This document shows positions 38,900 through 53,475 of a DNA stretch of 64,000 nt, one piece after another. Both the position numbers and the translations under genes were made by a program. The number at the start of each line of letters is the position of its first letter. Position 1 is the first letter of the stretch. The notes beneath the pieces were generated by a model, which saw nothing but the letters and a program-made list of their open reading frames with translations, searched no databases and had not been told where the DNA came from. The DNA comes from Harriotta raleighana (lineage: Eukaryota), in the NCBI GenBank assembly GCA_050575255.1, contig JBNZDD010013695.1:6134248-6198247 (forward strand), in the 5' to 3' direction.

Positions 38900-39544
38900 A
38901 TTCCGTGACGAACCAACGGGGAAGAGGGTGGCAGTGGGAGCATCGAAGGACTTGCGCATGCGCTCAGTCTCCAGCCCAACCGACTGCTGGGTCTCGTGCA
39001 CAGCCCGCCCATTGGCTGGAAAGCGATTCGAATCACTTTTGAACGCCATTGGTGAAAAGAGCTATCGATCAAGCTGACGTTTCGCCCACTTCATTCTCAC
39101 CGTCTCCTCCACAGCGAGCGCTGCCATTGGCTGTCAGAGCCGTCAATCAAATGGTCGTAGCGCTTCCTTCGCTCGTCGTCATTGGTCAGTGTCATTTTCA
39201 ATCCAAATGGTGATCCGCCCCCGCCATTCCCTTTGTGTTACGCTATTGGTCGAAGGTACCGTCAATCGAAGCAGCGTCCCGCCCTTCCTGCAATTCCGAT
39301 CTGCGATTGATTCGCATCATCGTCAATTAGAAGAAAGTCCCGCCTCGATTGGTTCGGAGTAGTCCATGAATCGGCGATGGGGGAGGGAACGAGGCGGGTC
39401 ATCGGGCGGGGGCGGTTATCAGTCGGTTATGGTGTGAAGTAAAAATGGAGGAAAGTCTGGCCGTGGAGTTTTCTTCCTAATTGTTCTACGCGGGTCCCAG
39501 TCACGGTTTGTGAGCCGCCGCCACCTGGCCCGGTGGCCCGCACC
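38900..39544 (+). promoter_or_regulatory. MAML1: MAML1 CpG-island promoter and 5' UTR
   Basis: CpG-rich region with an NRF1-type TGCGCATGCGC at ~38953, repeated inverted CCAAT boxes (ATTGG at 39011, 39048, 39126, 39181, 39245, 39348) and GC boxes. Confidence 0.85.
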
Positions 39545-42500
39545 ATGGCTGACTACGTGCTGCCCAGGCAGAGCGCGGTGATGGAGAGGCTGCGGAAGCG
39601 CATCGAACTGTGCCGCCGACATCACAGTGGCAGCGAGTCCCGCTACCAGTTGGCTTCGGCCGAGCGCTTGGAGCTGGAGCGGCAGCGAACCTTCACCCTG
39701 CACCAGCGCTGCCTTCAGAGCAAGACCAAGCGGGCCGGCAAACACCGGCAGCCAGCGGCACCGCCCGCCCAGCCACCGCCGCCACAGCCCGCTGTACCTG
39801 CTGTACCTACACAGCCTGAGTCACAGCCCGGCCCGGCCTCGGGCACCGGCTTCAGGAACCACCCCGCCGCCGCCACGAACAAATCCGACTCTCCCAAGCC
39901 GGCGTCCGGAGTCGGGAGCGCGGATCCGAGCCGGACAAGCACTCTGCTGGCGGTAAGGATCAGTGTTATTCGCTCGGCTGTGACTGATGGCGAGGAGAGC
40001 AGTGGCAGGAGCTCTTACTGGGCTTTTAATGCAGGCAATAATCAATCCACTCACTCACTGGCCAGAAAGTTTCATGGTCGCCTTAAACTTCACTCATTCA
40101 CTGACTGACTGACGGCCCTGTTGTTTCTGTTGTGTTTACCTCTACTCTCAATCTATATAACAAGTTATCTCCCTTTGTTCCTCCAGGATCCTGTCTGTCT
40201 GTCTGTACTTTCCTTTCCCCCTCGATCCCTTCAAACTGGTGTGACTCTCGCCCTGTTTGTTGATAACCATTTGTTACCTCCTTCCCTTTAACACTAAACT
40301 TAACAATAGCTAGTGTGTGTGTGTGTGTGTGTTTTAACCCAAGGAAATCCCAAGAATCTCTTCCAAAACAATTTTCAATTACTTTTTTAAAAAAAATTAG
40401 ATTTGTTTTTGCTGCTTCAACCCACAAGTGTTTTCTTGTCACCAAGCAAAACTCAACGTCGAAACCCAACTCTTTATATTCACTGAGTGACTTTGTTTTA
40501 CAGTCAGATGGAGAGGGGGGTGGTTTGGGATCTTTTGTTGTACAGTAACAAGGCACTTTCTTCGTCATCCCCGCCCTGGAGAGAGAGATACAGTTAAGGG
40601 GAAGGAGATATTGGTAGGATTCATTATTATTATTTTTTTACCAAGTTATTTGGAAGGAGATCAGATGAAGTTTACTTTACAAGTGTTTTTTCTCTTTCGG
40701 GGTTCATGCTGATTGATCAATCATTAATCCTGGCCAATGTTTTGCAATATGATTAACTATTCCTCTGAGGTGCCTTGAGTCAAATGTGTGTGTGTGGACT
40801 CCGCGATCTGGACTGACAGATATAGCCTGATCCAGATAATCTTGAATCAGAATCCAATCTGTAGAATTCAGTAGTGTTAAATCCGAATATCAGTTAATTT
40901 ACACAAAATAATACAACAAAAGGTCATAATTTCTTGTTAATGAGGAGAGAACGCCAATAAAATAGGATTACTCAGAATATTACAACACAGGAATTGACCA
41001 TTCATCCCCAATGTACATTTTTTCCCCAGTTTTCTATTGGGAATGGGTCTATAAACCATTAATATTGTACTATCTCTTTACATCATGTGTAATTGGAGGT
41101 ACTTAATTGGGTTACTGGTGATAAGACGTTGTCTGAATGAATCCCTTTTCCCCCCCTTCCAGCTGTGATTTCTTTTGAGCAGCTTATTTGTTCCTGTGAG
41201 ACAGTGACTTGGTTCTCTGGAGGGAAAAAAGGGAAGGGTCATCTAATTGGGATGTAAAAGCAGATCCATTTAAACAGAGAGGTGACATGTTTAAAGATCA
41301 GTTTGATCCAAGTTAATTGTGGTGTTTTACTGTTCTCTATCCTTGACTGTTTGAATCACTGAAGTATTCAATATATTGATGGGTTGGACACAATCAATTG
41401 TTGAATTTAGAAAATACCTAGATTTGGAATCCTACACAGACAGTGTATAGTATTAAATGCAGGATCTTGCACCAAAATATTTATCTTTTAGTGTGTTGAT
41501 GGCTTTGATACCTACGCATATTTGTTCCTTTTTTTAAAGTAACTGATTGCTACAGGAATTATTAAATATTTTAAGGTTTAAGAACCTTGTTCTGGCTTTC
41601 CTAACCATTCAGAGTTTTTAATTTTGGGATAGCGTTTCATTACTTTCATCAGTTCAAGTTTTGGATTCAGTGTTTAACTTGGTGAAATCTTCATTAGTCT
41701 AAAATAGATTTTAATTTATCTTAAATTTCAAATCAATCTTAAAAATGGAACGATACATGGACTCTCAGAACTTGTTTTTAGTGGTCAAAATCAGTTTCTT
41801 TATAAATGCTTAATATACAAAATTGCTAACCTAACAGTCCTCTGATGTCTTGCATTTCGTTTAAGCTGCCAACCTCATTGTCTCATTTGTGTCAAATTCA
41901 GTGCTGTGTATTCTTGTCAACAGCAGCTTTCCTAGGAGCAGCCTAGTTTATTTCACCTTTACAGGTGACAGACAGATGGACGAGACTCATCCCATTGGTC
42001 TAGGCTGTACAGGACCTGGAGTTGACTGTACCATTTTATCCACTGAGGAAATCACCTTTAATCCGATAAAATTGAACTAGATTGTGTGATTGTAACTTTA
42101 TGTGAATGCATTATATATTTAGCTTAGACAATTTATTCTGCTATTGTAATGCAGGAATTTAGCTTGTATTTTTGTATACTGATAAACCCCCGAGGAGAGA
42201 GAGAGAAAAAAAATTTAGTCACTCAATCGATGACTGTTTGTGGGGACACTGCTGTGCACAATTGTCTGCCACATTTTCTCACAAATATACACTTCACAGT
42301 ATATTCTGTGAAGTGCTTTGAGACATTAGAAGATGTGAAAAGTACTATATCAAATGCAAGGATCATTATTATTCTTCTCATTCACTTCATGGCTATTTGG
42401 TGGACGTTGCTGTGCGCAAATAGGCTGGCCAGTTTGCCTACAAATACAAAGACCTACAAAGACAGTGAAATCATGAGAAGCGGTTTGAGATGTCTCGATG

Positions 42501-45500
42501 ACATGATAGAGTGTTATCAAAAGCAAGGATTATTACTCCTCTAAATTTTTGGAAATGTGAGAAACCATTTCCTCTGCAATGTATCTGCACAGATCTAGCA
42601 ACCTGTTATAAAACCAAACAAGGCTAATTGTAGATCAAGTAATTTAGAGTACACTTCATTCTGTGATCAGTACCTACACTTTGAGCCAAACTAACCTCTT
42701 GTCACTTTAGTGCATGTGGAGTCCTGTAGCTCAGTGGTTGGAGCTCTCGCCTTACAAGCATGAGACCTGTGTTTCGAATCCAGGCAGGTCAGGGCGAAAC
42801 CTTGTGCAAGTTTCCTTACTCCACACAGCTAATAATACTCCATCCCCCAAAAAAACAAAATCATAAAATTGGTCATTTCAATCTATGACTGTTTGTGGGA
42901 CACTGCTGCCATGTTTCGCCCACAAAATATACAGTCAATTCACTTCACAGTATATTTTGTGAAGCGCTTTCAGACATCAATAAGATGTGAAAAGTGCTAT
43001 ATCAAATGCAAGGATTATTATTATAGAATTGTAGTTGAAGTTTGTGTTTACAATAATTGCCACTAGCAAAAATTATGAATGTGGGATCTCAAAAAAATCA
43101 AAAAATGATTTATCAAACCAATGCAGTGAAGATGCTTTGAAGGTGAAGCATGTTAGGGCTACAATAGAGGAAGTTTCACTGGTTGGCTGATATGCAGCTA
43201 TCATTTGTTATCTCTTTCCTTGTCTTTTTCAAATATCCCTATGCTTCATTGGATAAACTATGCAGGACTAAATATGTGTGGGGAGCAAGAGGAGGCTGTT
43301 ATGTTTGTTGGTTATTAGATCAAGTCAGATTTTTAAAATCCAGTTTTCTTGCCTATTCTCCATACCCCTTTGTCCTAATTTCCCCAAGTTTTTTTTAAAA
43401 AAGTGAAGACTAAGAGTTTGTACATTACTTACCTATGTATAATCGACCCTCCTCCCCATTCTTGTACTTACTGTACATTTACATGGTGACACTGGCAAAT
43501 GTCCAGGGCAGTTTGCCTTCATACTCTCTTAGCTGCAGAAAGTAAGTGGAATTTATGGAAACACGGTTGGATAGATTAGGGGTAAATTTAATCTTTTAGA
43601 TTCCACCTATAACTTCTCAGAAAAATACATTCTTCCAATAAAATGATTACATTTGTACATTTCCTGAAGATGTAATCAAGAAAACCTAACAACACTTTTC
43701 ATAGATTTCACAAAAGGCTGGAAAGCGACATGTACAGTAGGATTGAGGTTTAACCACTTTGCAGGTGGCCAGACAGAACTGCAGCTGCACATTCCTGACT
43801 TCTTCATTCCACCCCCCCACCCCACGCGTGCGCACAACACACACACACACAGCACCTATTACAGTGTCTCCCCAGTTGACGTGAACATTGAGAATAGGTG
43901 TATTATTAGGAAATTGATTAAATAATGAAACCTATTTTTATTCAGAGCCAATAATTTGAGTTTTTTTAAAATCTTGAACCGCCCAAAGTCAAGGGACTTT
44001 ACTTCTTATTTTTGTAATTTAAAACGTCATCAATTCAAAACCATAAGCACTGGTTTTGACATCCTGGTGTCTCTTACAGTGACAAAGTCGACAATGGATT
44101 CTTTATGAAATGCTACTAATGCGCAGAAAGGAAAGTTAGGCTAGCATTTAGGCATGACACTTCATTAGAAGTGAAGAGAAGCCTGTGGGAGCTACTACTT
44201 AGTACAGGGTTAACTTGAAAAAAGACTGAATTATTTGTGTGCGTGTGTCTGTAATGTTAGTATTTGATCAGTGGCCTTCAATAATTGTCATTTGAAGCTT
44301 ATTCGTTTTCTTACATCCTGGAGTTTGTGAATCTTACACTGAGGAAGTTCACCCTAATTTCAGTTTCTGGGTTACTTTGAACTATTTGTGAAGCTTTGAA
44401 TTGAACAACCATGTTTGAATCTCTCCGGCAGAAATTTCTTCATTGAGCTGTGTGTACAATGTTGATAGAATGTTAGTGGGATGTGTACTCAGGCCTCATG
44501 CAATTCTAACTTAAAAGAAATGAGAAGATTGAGAAAGTCTAGCACATGAAGCTCCTTCCTCTAGAATTCAGGATGAATGTTATTGGCTTTCATTTGATTT
44601 TTTTTCTTGGGCAATTTTTTGGGGGGACAATCTGCAATCAATCAATCAATCAAAATTACATTTATATAGCGCCTTTCACGTCGGGAGGATGTCACAAGGC
44701 GCTGTACAGTCGAGTAAGGATCAGAGCGGGGCGGGTGGGTTTTGGGGGAAGGAAAGTAGGAAAAATTTACTGTATATTTGTGGGTGAAACAGTTTATTAT
44801 ACTCACTTCAAGGTTACTTTGTACAACAATAACTCTCTGGAAACAATTCCACTAGAATTCTATATCTCAATGGTTTCAAATCTTCAGCTTTATTTATAAA
44901 TTCCATTCGATAGTAGCAACTTGGTTCATGTTATTCAGTCATTTTGAATACTTGTATCCTTTCCCTGAAGTGTTTTAATTGTAGGAATTTTTTTTATCTC
45001 TGGATAATTCAGCATTGAAATAATTGTTGACACTCTCCCTCTGTGGTAAGAGTTTTAGTAGTTGCCTTAAAGACATCTGATTAGTTATTGCAAAATCAAC
45101 TCCACATTTCAAGGATTCTTGACTTTCTTCATACCTTGGCTGTGTAAATGGTGTTCATAAATTGGTTAAGGATGTATAGCCTGGGTGTCTATAGTATTAT
45201 ATTTTGCCCTTGGATCATAAAGCTCAGTTAACTCACTGGGCCTTGTACTTACAGACTGAATCATTGTGGATTTGATGTTTTCTGCTTAACTTTAATTAAC
45301 TTGTTCTCTGAGAGTTGTAGGATTAGTTTGGAGATTCTCTTTTTGAGAGAAATGAGCCCAAATGAAAAGATAAAACAAATGAGAATATAGACTCCCCTGT
45401 CAATCCCAGGAAGATTACAGACCAAATCCAGCAATCCCCCAGTTTACTGAGGCTCTGTGTTGAGAAAGATGCCATTGAGAGGCAACACAGGATCTGCCCT

Positions 45501-48500
45501 TCATTGCACTTATGAACTATTTAGACAACTTTGGTATGTCTTTTTTTTACCGTGGGCCAATTTAGACAATTTGGTTTGAGTGGTTTTCCATCCATACGTG
45601 TGGAAATTAAAGCATTTGCCCTTGTTTTTTGGCTCTAATGGTTACGAGCTTCCAGCAGTTGGCAAGCTTACTTTCAGGGGTCAGATTGGCGAGAGTCTGC
45701 CAGTGAACTTCACTGTAGTGAGATTTCATTTTTTTTCAATATTGCTATACTTGCACTTATTTTACCTTTTGGGCATAGTGAAACTCATTCAAGTCTTATT
45801 TAGTCTACAAGAAAGTAAAGGAGACTCGATCTGAAATTCATGTCTAACATTCCAGCCAGTTTCCTTAGCTTCAAACCAGTCAGGTTTTATCCGCTTGCAC
45901 ACTCCTTTCCTTCAAAGGAAGTATCACTCTTCATGGATAGAACCAGGGAAGTTTGCCAATCTTGGCAATTTGTTCTGTTTGGTAACAAAATCTGAGGAAA
46001 ATCTATCACTAAAACGTGCCTCAGTCCATGGACTTTGGAATTTAATTCACTATTTTGTTGATTCATCAGACAGCAGACGTCTGGGGAAGAGCAGAGCTGA
46101 ATTCATTTTGTGCGATATCCATAGTGTGAGCTGACATGCAGTGGTGTTTGCTACCCATTGCCTGCTAGATGAACACTGTATCTATCTGCTTATAAAAGTG
46201 TTACTGACTACAGTATAGCCCTATGCAAAGTAGTGACTATGCAAATGGTCACTTTATCTTATGGTAATTCCTGTGAAGCACTTTCATAAATCCTCCTGAC
46301 AAAAGGCGCTGTATCATGTACAATGATAATTATTTGACTACTGATTTGACAAATTTGAGCACAGAAGCTGTGGCGAGGCAGTGCTGCATTGAGATCAGCT
46401 CTTAACATTTTCCACCTCTTTTTTCACACTACTTTCTAATACTGTATTCCTTTTTATGCGGAGACTGGAGAGAATGTTGGATTATCGACCACGGACGTTT
46501 TTTCAATGTAATTCATCCTGGACCTGCAAGGCTCCCTCCTTCAAAACGTTCTGAGATGCCACCTGGTGTGGAAGGTGCTATATAACTGCACATTGTTGTT
46601 GTTGTCCCTTCCTACCATTGTTTTTTTTGTGTAACCACGTGTTTAGGTATAGTGTGTGTTTACTTCTTGCTTTTTAAGAAGCATTTTATTCAGTTCTTAT
46701 TGAGAGTATTTACCCTGGAAAAACGAATGTGTAAATCTTTTCTGCTCTAGCACAATTGAGTAAATGAGCAGACTGGTCACCAGCCTGGTAAAGTCACTTT
46801 CAGCTATTTTCTTTCAATTTACTCTCACCTTTGTATAATAATCCTCACGTTTAACAGTCCTTAGAATACTGAAATATATAAAACCATTTCCCAGGGAATG
46901 TACGTGTGCCGAGTGTTTTGTAGGCATTCATGGCCATTTTGTGCACAACAAGTTCATACAAACAACCGTGATGCAAACGACCAAATTAGCTGGAGGATGG
47001 TTAGCCAAGGCATCAGAAAGTTCCTTCCCTCTTCTGTTACCGTCATGGGATGTTACTCCACCTGACGAAAGCAAACAAGACCTATTTTTCATTTGCAACA
47101 AACAATGCTACTCAAAGTAAAAAAAATAAAGCAGCTGCTGATTGAAACCATACCAAATCAGTCACTTGTGTTTCTATATTTTATTAAAGTATACATAAGG
47201 AACTTTCTTATCATGAGGACAGTCCAGCTTCTGTCAGCTGGGCTCAATTGGTAGTACTGTTTCTTAGTCAGCAAGTTGCCTCAACATAAATTGAGATTGC
47301 AGTGCTGGGGAACTACTACATTATTGGAAGTGCCATGCTTTCAATGAGACATCAAACTAAAGTCCTCCTATTTTAGCGAATCTAAAAGATCCCATGGCAC
47401 TGTTGGCAAAAGTTGGCTAACCAAAAGCTCCTCCAGAGAAGTCATTCACTTTGCCTGTGGGAAGTTACTTGTGTGCAAAATGGCTGCCATATAATAAACT
47501 CAATCAATGCATAACAGCAGTTCGCTGTGAAGCGCCTTGATAATGTAGGTGCTGTATTAAATGCAAGGATTATTTATTGTAAGCCAGTATCAGAACCTGT
47601 TCAGGCACCCTCCTACTCTCATTAACAGACAGAAACCAAGAGTTGCTCACAGCGGAGCAGAGGAGTGCCAGGTTTTATTTCTTGCTTCAGACTTTGCTCA
47701 AAGAATGTGAACTGCTATTTTACCTCCTGAATTATTAATTCAGTGTTGGAGTATGATACCTATTCTGTTTCACAATTCCTTCTGGCCCACAAATTGAGAT
47801 GAAAAATGTGAACCATGTAACCCTGCATAGTCACAATTCTATTCAAGTCCTCAGCTGCCCTGTGATTCATTCCTGCTCAACATCCACCAACAGCAAAGTC
47901 ACAGTCACCAAGTCAACACGAGTCACTCAGTGAGAAGAGGAAAGATGACAGTGAGTGCTGGAATGTTCAGGCTGGATGGAGGCTGTGCCAAAGAGAGAAA
48001 TAAGGAGCAGCCGCGAAATATTAGTGGGATGAATAGATAAGATGTGGCTCTTCAACATTGGAATAGATGGCTCAAAGAGGCTTGTGACAACTAAATTAGA
48101 TGCCAAATAGGGTTGAGAAAGTAGAGCCGGAAAAATCCTTTCAGATGCGACAAGTCAAGCAGGATCACAGGGTGTGCCTCTAATCCAGGCTTGTGAATGT
48201 CAAATTTAGGGAAGAAATCAGGAAGCTATTCTTTACACGGGTGGTACTCTGAGAGAGCCAAGCTCTCTGGGACGCTCCCAGTTGCTATGTAAATGCAAGT
48301 TGTTGTTGTTGCTGGAACCATTCCCAAGGGAGGCCACAATGAGCTGGAAAATCCATGATGTAAAGTGCAGTGACAGCTTCAGCAAGTTACAGAATGATTC
48401 ATGGGCCTGAACTCTCAATAACTTCCTGAAATGTAGATTTGGATACTGTATCTTTACAATCGTACAACACATGGTATATCTTTGGTGAAGTGAAGTGACT

Positions 48501-51500
48501 TTGGCTTGGACTGTAGTGCCACCTAGTGTTTCGTTTCTGCTATTGATGAAAACATTTTACTTTGACTTCATGTGGGTTTTAATTTCAAATGAATAATGTG
48601 TATTTTGTAGCCACCCACTGTGTCAGCAGTTTAGGCCTTTTACTTGCCAAAGTGGGTTACAATCTCCTATAAACCCGGTGGTTGGTATATTTGTAATGGC
48701 AGATAGTGTGTTTAGAATCTCTTGGGTTTTGCGATGAAATGTGTGACCAGAATGAGTTGTGACGGTTTCAAAAAGTTCTTTCAAATTTTTACTGTTGGCT
48801 GTTTCCTTCCTTTATTGTGTCAACGTGAAGCAGCTCAGCAAGTGGAAATGAAGCGGTTACAAAACTCCTTCAAGGGGAGGAATGGCTTGTCATGGGGACC
48901 TCTAACCAGTAGGTGGTGATGACAGCCCATTGTCGTGTTCAGGACTTGCCTTTTGCAGGAGATTGCTGCTGTTTGTCATTGTGCCCCGCACAAGACTTGA
49001 TAAACATTTATCCTTTTTTTATTATCGTTTTCAAACACACCGTAGATGAAAAATGCGTATTGGATCAGTAATACCCATCCTAATTTCTGCCTATTATAAC
49101 ATCATGCTGTTTAATTGAGTTTGGTGCTTGAGGTGTGCTGCATGGTTTAGATGTGATGTGAAAAGAAAGTCCTGTCTACTTGTTCAGATGCGCATTAAAG
49201 ATTTCCTGGTACGATTTGAAATGAGATCCAATAATCCCTAAATGTAATTGGCCATTCACCTTATGGCGTTTTGTGAGACATTGCCTTACATAAATTTGGT
49301 GTGGGGGGTGGGGGAAGAGTCAGTATTGAAATCTAAAACATTTAACCTTTTAGTAGAAACCTCAGCCTACATAATTCTGTTGTGTGTGTGTGTATAGTGA
49401 GGGGAAGAAAAGTAACACCTTGAATGTTACTCCTTATAAGTAACATTCACTGAATAATGTCTTTATAACAACATGAAGCTCTGATGTATGCTTCACAAAA
49501 CAATCTGTTGTTTAGATTTTTTTTAAGGTTTTAAGAATTTGAACTAAATGATTGTTGAACTCACAGTCTTTATTTTGTTTTTGTTTAGCTGCAGGAATCA
49601 GTGAAAAGGAAATTGAGAGCTGATGCTTCTCCTTTAAATGGCGATCAGCCAAATGGTTTTGGAGACGGGAGCTATCCTGGCACGAAGAAGATCAGACTGA
49701 ATGAGGTTTCAGTGAATGGATCCTCCAATGGTGTGCCAGCAGTCTCTCCTCTCCACCAGCTGGACATTAAACCAGCCATTGGAGACGGCATGCTGGTCAG
49801 TGTGAACCATCCCATGGGATCAATGGGCGGTTTGAAAAAAGACAGCAATCCTGACAGCAGCGTCCATCTGAATGGGAAGAACGATGGTAGTCACACAATT
49901 CCTTTGCTCAAAGACTTTAAACAGGAGCCTTTGTGTGATTTAGCGTGCATGAATCCAACAGGCAGCTCTCTGAACCAGAATAATATGTTCCCTGATATTA
50001 ACCTGAATGAGCAGGAATGGCAGGAGTTGTTTGATGAGCTGAACAGGTCTGTGCCTGACCAAGACATCCAGGATCTTTTCAATGAGGACTTTGAGGAGAA
50101 AAAAGATACTGACCCCACAGTGTCCTCCGACCACCCTTCTCTTCCAGATAACATCAACATAAAGATCGAGCTCTGTCAGGCTACGTATGAACTTGAACAG
50201 ATGGGATCTCCACAGACAAGGCCAACATCATCCGCACCTACATTTTCCAGTTGCTCCATGGGTTCTGGCAGTGCTGCCCCTGTAGTGACTGGTGTATCCC
50301 AGCCTACGCCACAAGTGTCAGGCCTGCCTGCGGTATCTGCCAGGCCTGTGTCCAGCGTGTTATTACCCGGGAAAGCTGCGGGAGCAGTGGAGCTGAACCA
50401 TGCCCAGCAGCTTCAGCAGATGGCTGCCAAGCAGCAGAGAGTTCAGCTGCTACAGAAGCAACAAGTGCAACCAACGCAGCCAAACCAGGTGCCAAACTGG
50501 TCAGCGGCACCCGTCCAAAGCCCAATTGCCGGTGCCTACAGTTGTGAGCAGCCCAGCAGCCCCTCACTGTACCAACAGGACTTCAGCCAGAAGCTTCCCA
50601 TGGCCAGTATGCCACCAAAGAGCTCCCCAAAGGCCGACAGCGGCTACCTGCAGCCAAATCACGTCAGTATGCTAAGCCACCAGTCTTCCGGTTTGGGACA
50701 GGCCTCCGCCAGCAGCCAGGCTGCTCTCTTCAGCTACGCCAACACTAAACGCTTGTCTCATTTTGAAGTGAATCACAACCAAAGGTCAGCCCAGTCCATT
50801 TCGAGCAAAGGTGCCTTGTTCACTTACATTCAGCAGCGGCACATCAGCGACGAGCAGAAACCCAAGGACCTTCACTCAACTGCCATGCCTTATAGACCTC
50901 ACCTGCAGCTCAGCCAGGTACCGGGGCCTTTACTACAACAAACGATAACAACAAAATTACATTTGTAGTGCGCCTTTCATGTCGGGAGGACGTCAACAAA
51001 TAGGCAAGACGCATGTAAATTCTACCCGCGTTTAGCCTGTGATTTGTGCACATATATACTGTCGATTCACTTTACAGTATATTCTGTGAAGTACTTTGAG
51101 CCATCTAGTAAGACGTGAAAAGCTCTATATAAAATTCAAGAATTATTATTATTAGGACCACTTTACCATAAATTTTCTTAAAAAGAAGCTGGCTTTTAGG
51201 TCAGACGTTTGTGTGGTAACAATTTAAATAGTGAGGCTAAATGTCATGACACTTTCACTGTACACAGGTACTGCTCTTTTAGTAACATCTTGTACTATTG
51301 AATTCCTGAAATCTATTCACCTGGCTTGTAATCAATGTTTTGTAATGAGCTATCTTGACTGACAGACTCTTGAAAGAATCTAACCTTCTCATTGTTTCCC
51401 TACCCTGTGTATATTGCATGACCTGCAGGAGCAGACGGCAGCCGCTGTTGCCAGGGTCTCAGGCTCGATCCCAGGGACAGGGCCGGTATCCCAGCCTCCT

Positions 51501-53475
51501 CCCATCGCCATACCTGGGAACCACGGCAACGTGGCCTATCTCAGCAGCCAGCGCGCAGCTGCACTGAAGCAACACCAGCTCCTGATGGACCAGCAGAAGC
51601 AACGAGAACAACAGCAGTTACAGATGCAGATTCACAGACACCAGCAGCAAATGCTGGCTGAGCAGGTGTGTAATGGGCCACTCGACTGCCCGCCCACTCG
51701 ACCGCTCACCCATCTGACCTGAAGTGAAAGTCAAAAGAGGATTGAGGCACTTAACAAATGAGAGGGGATAGTGCAATGTTTCAGAACTGATTTTTAATAA
51801 AAGGCACCAGAGTTTCAGGAATAATTAATCATTGTTTTTAAATCTTTCCCCCTCCCCCCATACCAAGCCCTCTCTCTCTGGCTTGGGCTTGAGCTCCAAC
51901 TTATGGGCAGCTATTATAGGCAGCTCAAACACTATCCTGTGGAGCAGTATTCTGTGCCTCCACTGCTGAGCAGGGATCCAAGATGTCAACTGGATGGTTA
52001 TAAAACGTGGCGTGGGGCTCGGTGTGTTCAGACTTGTAAATTGTTGATTAATATTCTGCAGTGTATTTCAGAATGCAACCTGTTACTTTCTGTTTTCTTT
52101 GTTTCAGGAAAAGCAGCGGGAACAGCAGCTGCAGAGACACCTGACCAGGCCTCCCCCTCAATACCAAGACCAGCAGCAAACCCCCTACCGTGTGGAGCAG
52201 CTCAGCCAGTTTCAGGGTAAGTGTAACGTCCCTTGGGTTAACACAGTAAACTCGGGTCCCCTGTAATTCCCTCAAATAACCAAACAATCTCAATGCTTAA
52301 TGATATCATTAAGATACTTTTAAATCCCACAAGTTTTACACATGGCACATAACAGACCTGTGTTTACACATGGCGTCCACATTAGCCCCATTGTTATGTG
52401 CAACTCTACTCTAGACAAGGGAAGAGAGAATGTATAGAAAAACATTGCGCAATAGTTGATGAAGTTTGGCTGCTTTGTGTTGTGGAGGAATTAATTCTAT
52501 TGCTGACTCTTTATAGGTTCCTCTCAAGCTCTTCCACCCGTTGGAACTTTGGCACCAAATGCTAATAGTCCAAGAATGTTCTCTCCGAGTCCAAACCTAC
52601 TCCAGATGGGCCCAGGCCAGAATTCAATCCCAGTTGCTGGTGCTGGGGCTAGTCAGCCTGAGCTGGGGCTGCCTCAGTATGGAAACATGCACAGCGTCCA
52701 ACAGGGAATATACAACATGGGCTCAAACATGAACCAGATGCTTCCACATTCTGTACAAAGCACAATTGGACAACATTCAAACCAATTACAGAGACAGCCC
52801 AGTATTGGACACACAAGTGCTATGGTTACAGTCTATGGGCAGAATCTTTTAGCCAATTCGAACCTTCCACAGCAGCACAATAAGGGTGCAGTGAGCCAGC
52901 CAGTGTCTAAGGCCCACCCACAGAGACTCCCGGGCTCCATGGCAAGTCAGAGTCCCACTTGGCAGCATCAGGGGCTACAAACTATGAACAACCCAAATCA
53001 AGCGAGCAGTAATTTAGTAGCTTTCAACAGTACCTCAACGTTCCACATGCAGACAGCTCAGCCCAAAATGGCCAATCAGCAGTTTGCCCAGGCAATGCCG
53101 CGAGTAGGTCTCAACCCAACCAGACCCATGGGCTCCATCAGCTCAACTGTGGGTGGACAAATGATTTCTGCCTTAGGAGCATCTCAGACAAGGACAAACC
53201 AGACCCCACAGCAGCCGGCTCCAGGTTTAACTCAGTCTGTGACAGACATGGCAACTTTTCCTGCAGGTCAACAGCTGCCCACAAGAGGTAACCCTCACTG
53301 CAGTCAGGGGTATCAGGTAAGAAACACTAGCCAGGACCTGCCTTTCAGCTATGGCAGCCAGTCAGGAGGCAACACCCTACAAGGCTTGGCTAGTGACGCA
53401 GACCCACTGATTGATTCTTTGCTGAAGAACAGGATTACGGAGGAATGGATAAATGATTTGGATCTGAACTTCTAG
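39545..53475 (+). CDS. MAML1: Mastermind-like transcriptional coactivator 1 (Notch coactivator), 5 exons, ~1013 aa
   Basis: Exons 39545-39952 (LPRQSAVMERLRKRIELCRRHH..LELERQRTFTLHQRC, the CSL/NICD-binding helix), 49589-50917 (FPDINLNEQEWQELFDELNRSVPD acidic domain), 51429-51665, 52108-52216 (LTRPPPQYQD) and 52517-53475 (LIDSLLKNR..EEWINDLD). Phases are consistent and the position between CANX and LTC4S fits MAML1. Confidence 0.96.
42718..43024 (+). mobile_element. Near full-length tRNA-derived SINE
   Basis: A box TAGCTCAGTGG, B box TTCGAATCC, a body shared with many partial copies, and an L2-like tail GTGAAGCGCTTT...AAAGTGCTATATCAAATGCAAGG(ATT)n. Confidence 0.88.
47235..47578 (+). mobile_element. 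Degraded Deu-domain SINE in MAML1 intron 1
   Basis: GCTCAATTGGTAG head, AAAAGATCCCATGGCACT core, GTGTGCAAAATGGCTGCC and a GTGAAGCGCC..AAATGCAAGG tail. Confidence 0.65.
48514..48530 (-). promoter_or_regulatory. Candidate CTCF site
   Basis: The reverse strand reads AACACTAGGTGGCACTA, close to the CTCF core consensus. This is a motif match only. Confidence 0.4.

Noticed and set aside
39419-40054. Antisense and alternate-frame ORFs over MAML1 exon 1
   Set aside because: These are GC-rich shadows of the real coding exon.
42718-42792. tRNA-like sequence
   Set aside because: It is the head of a SINE, continuous with the SINE body and tail, and is not a clean cloverleaf.
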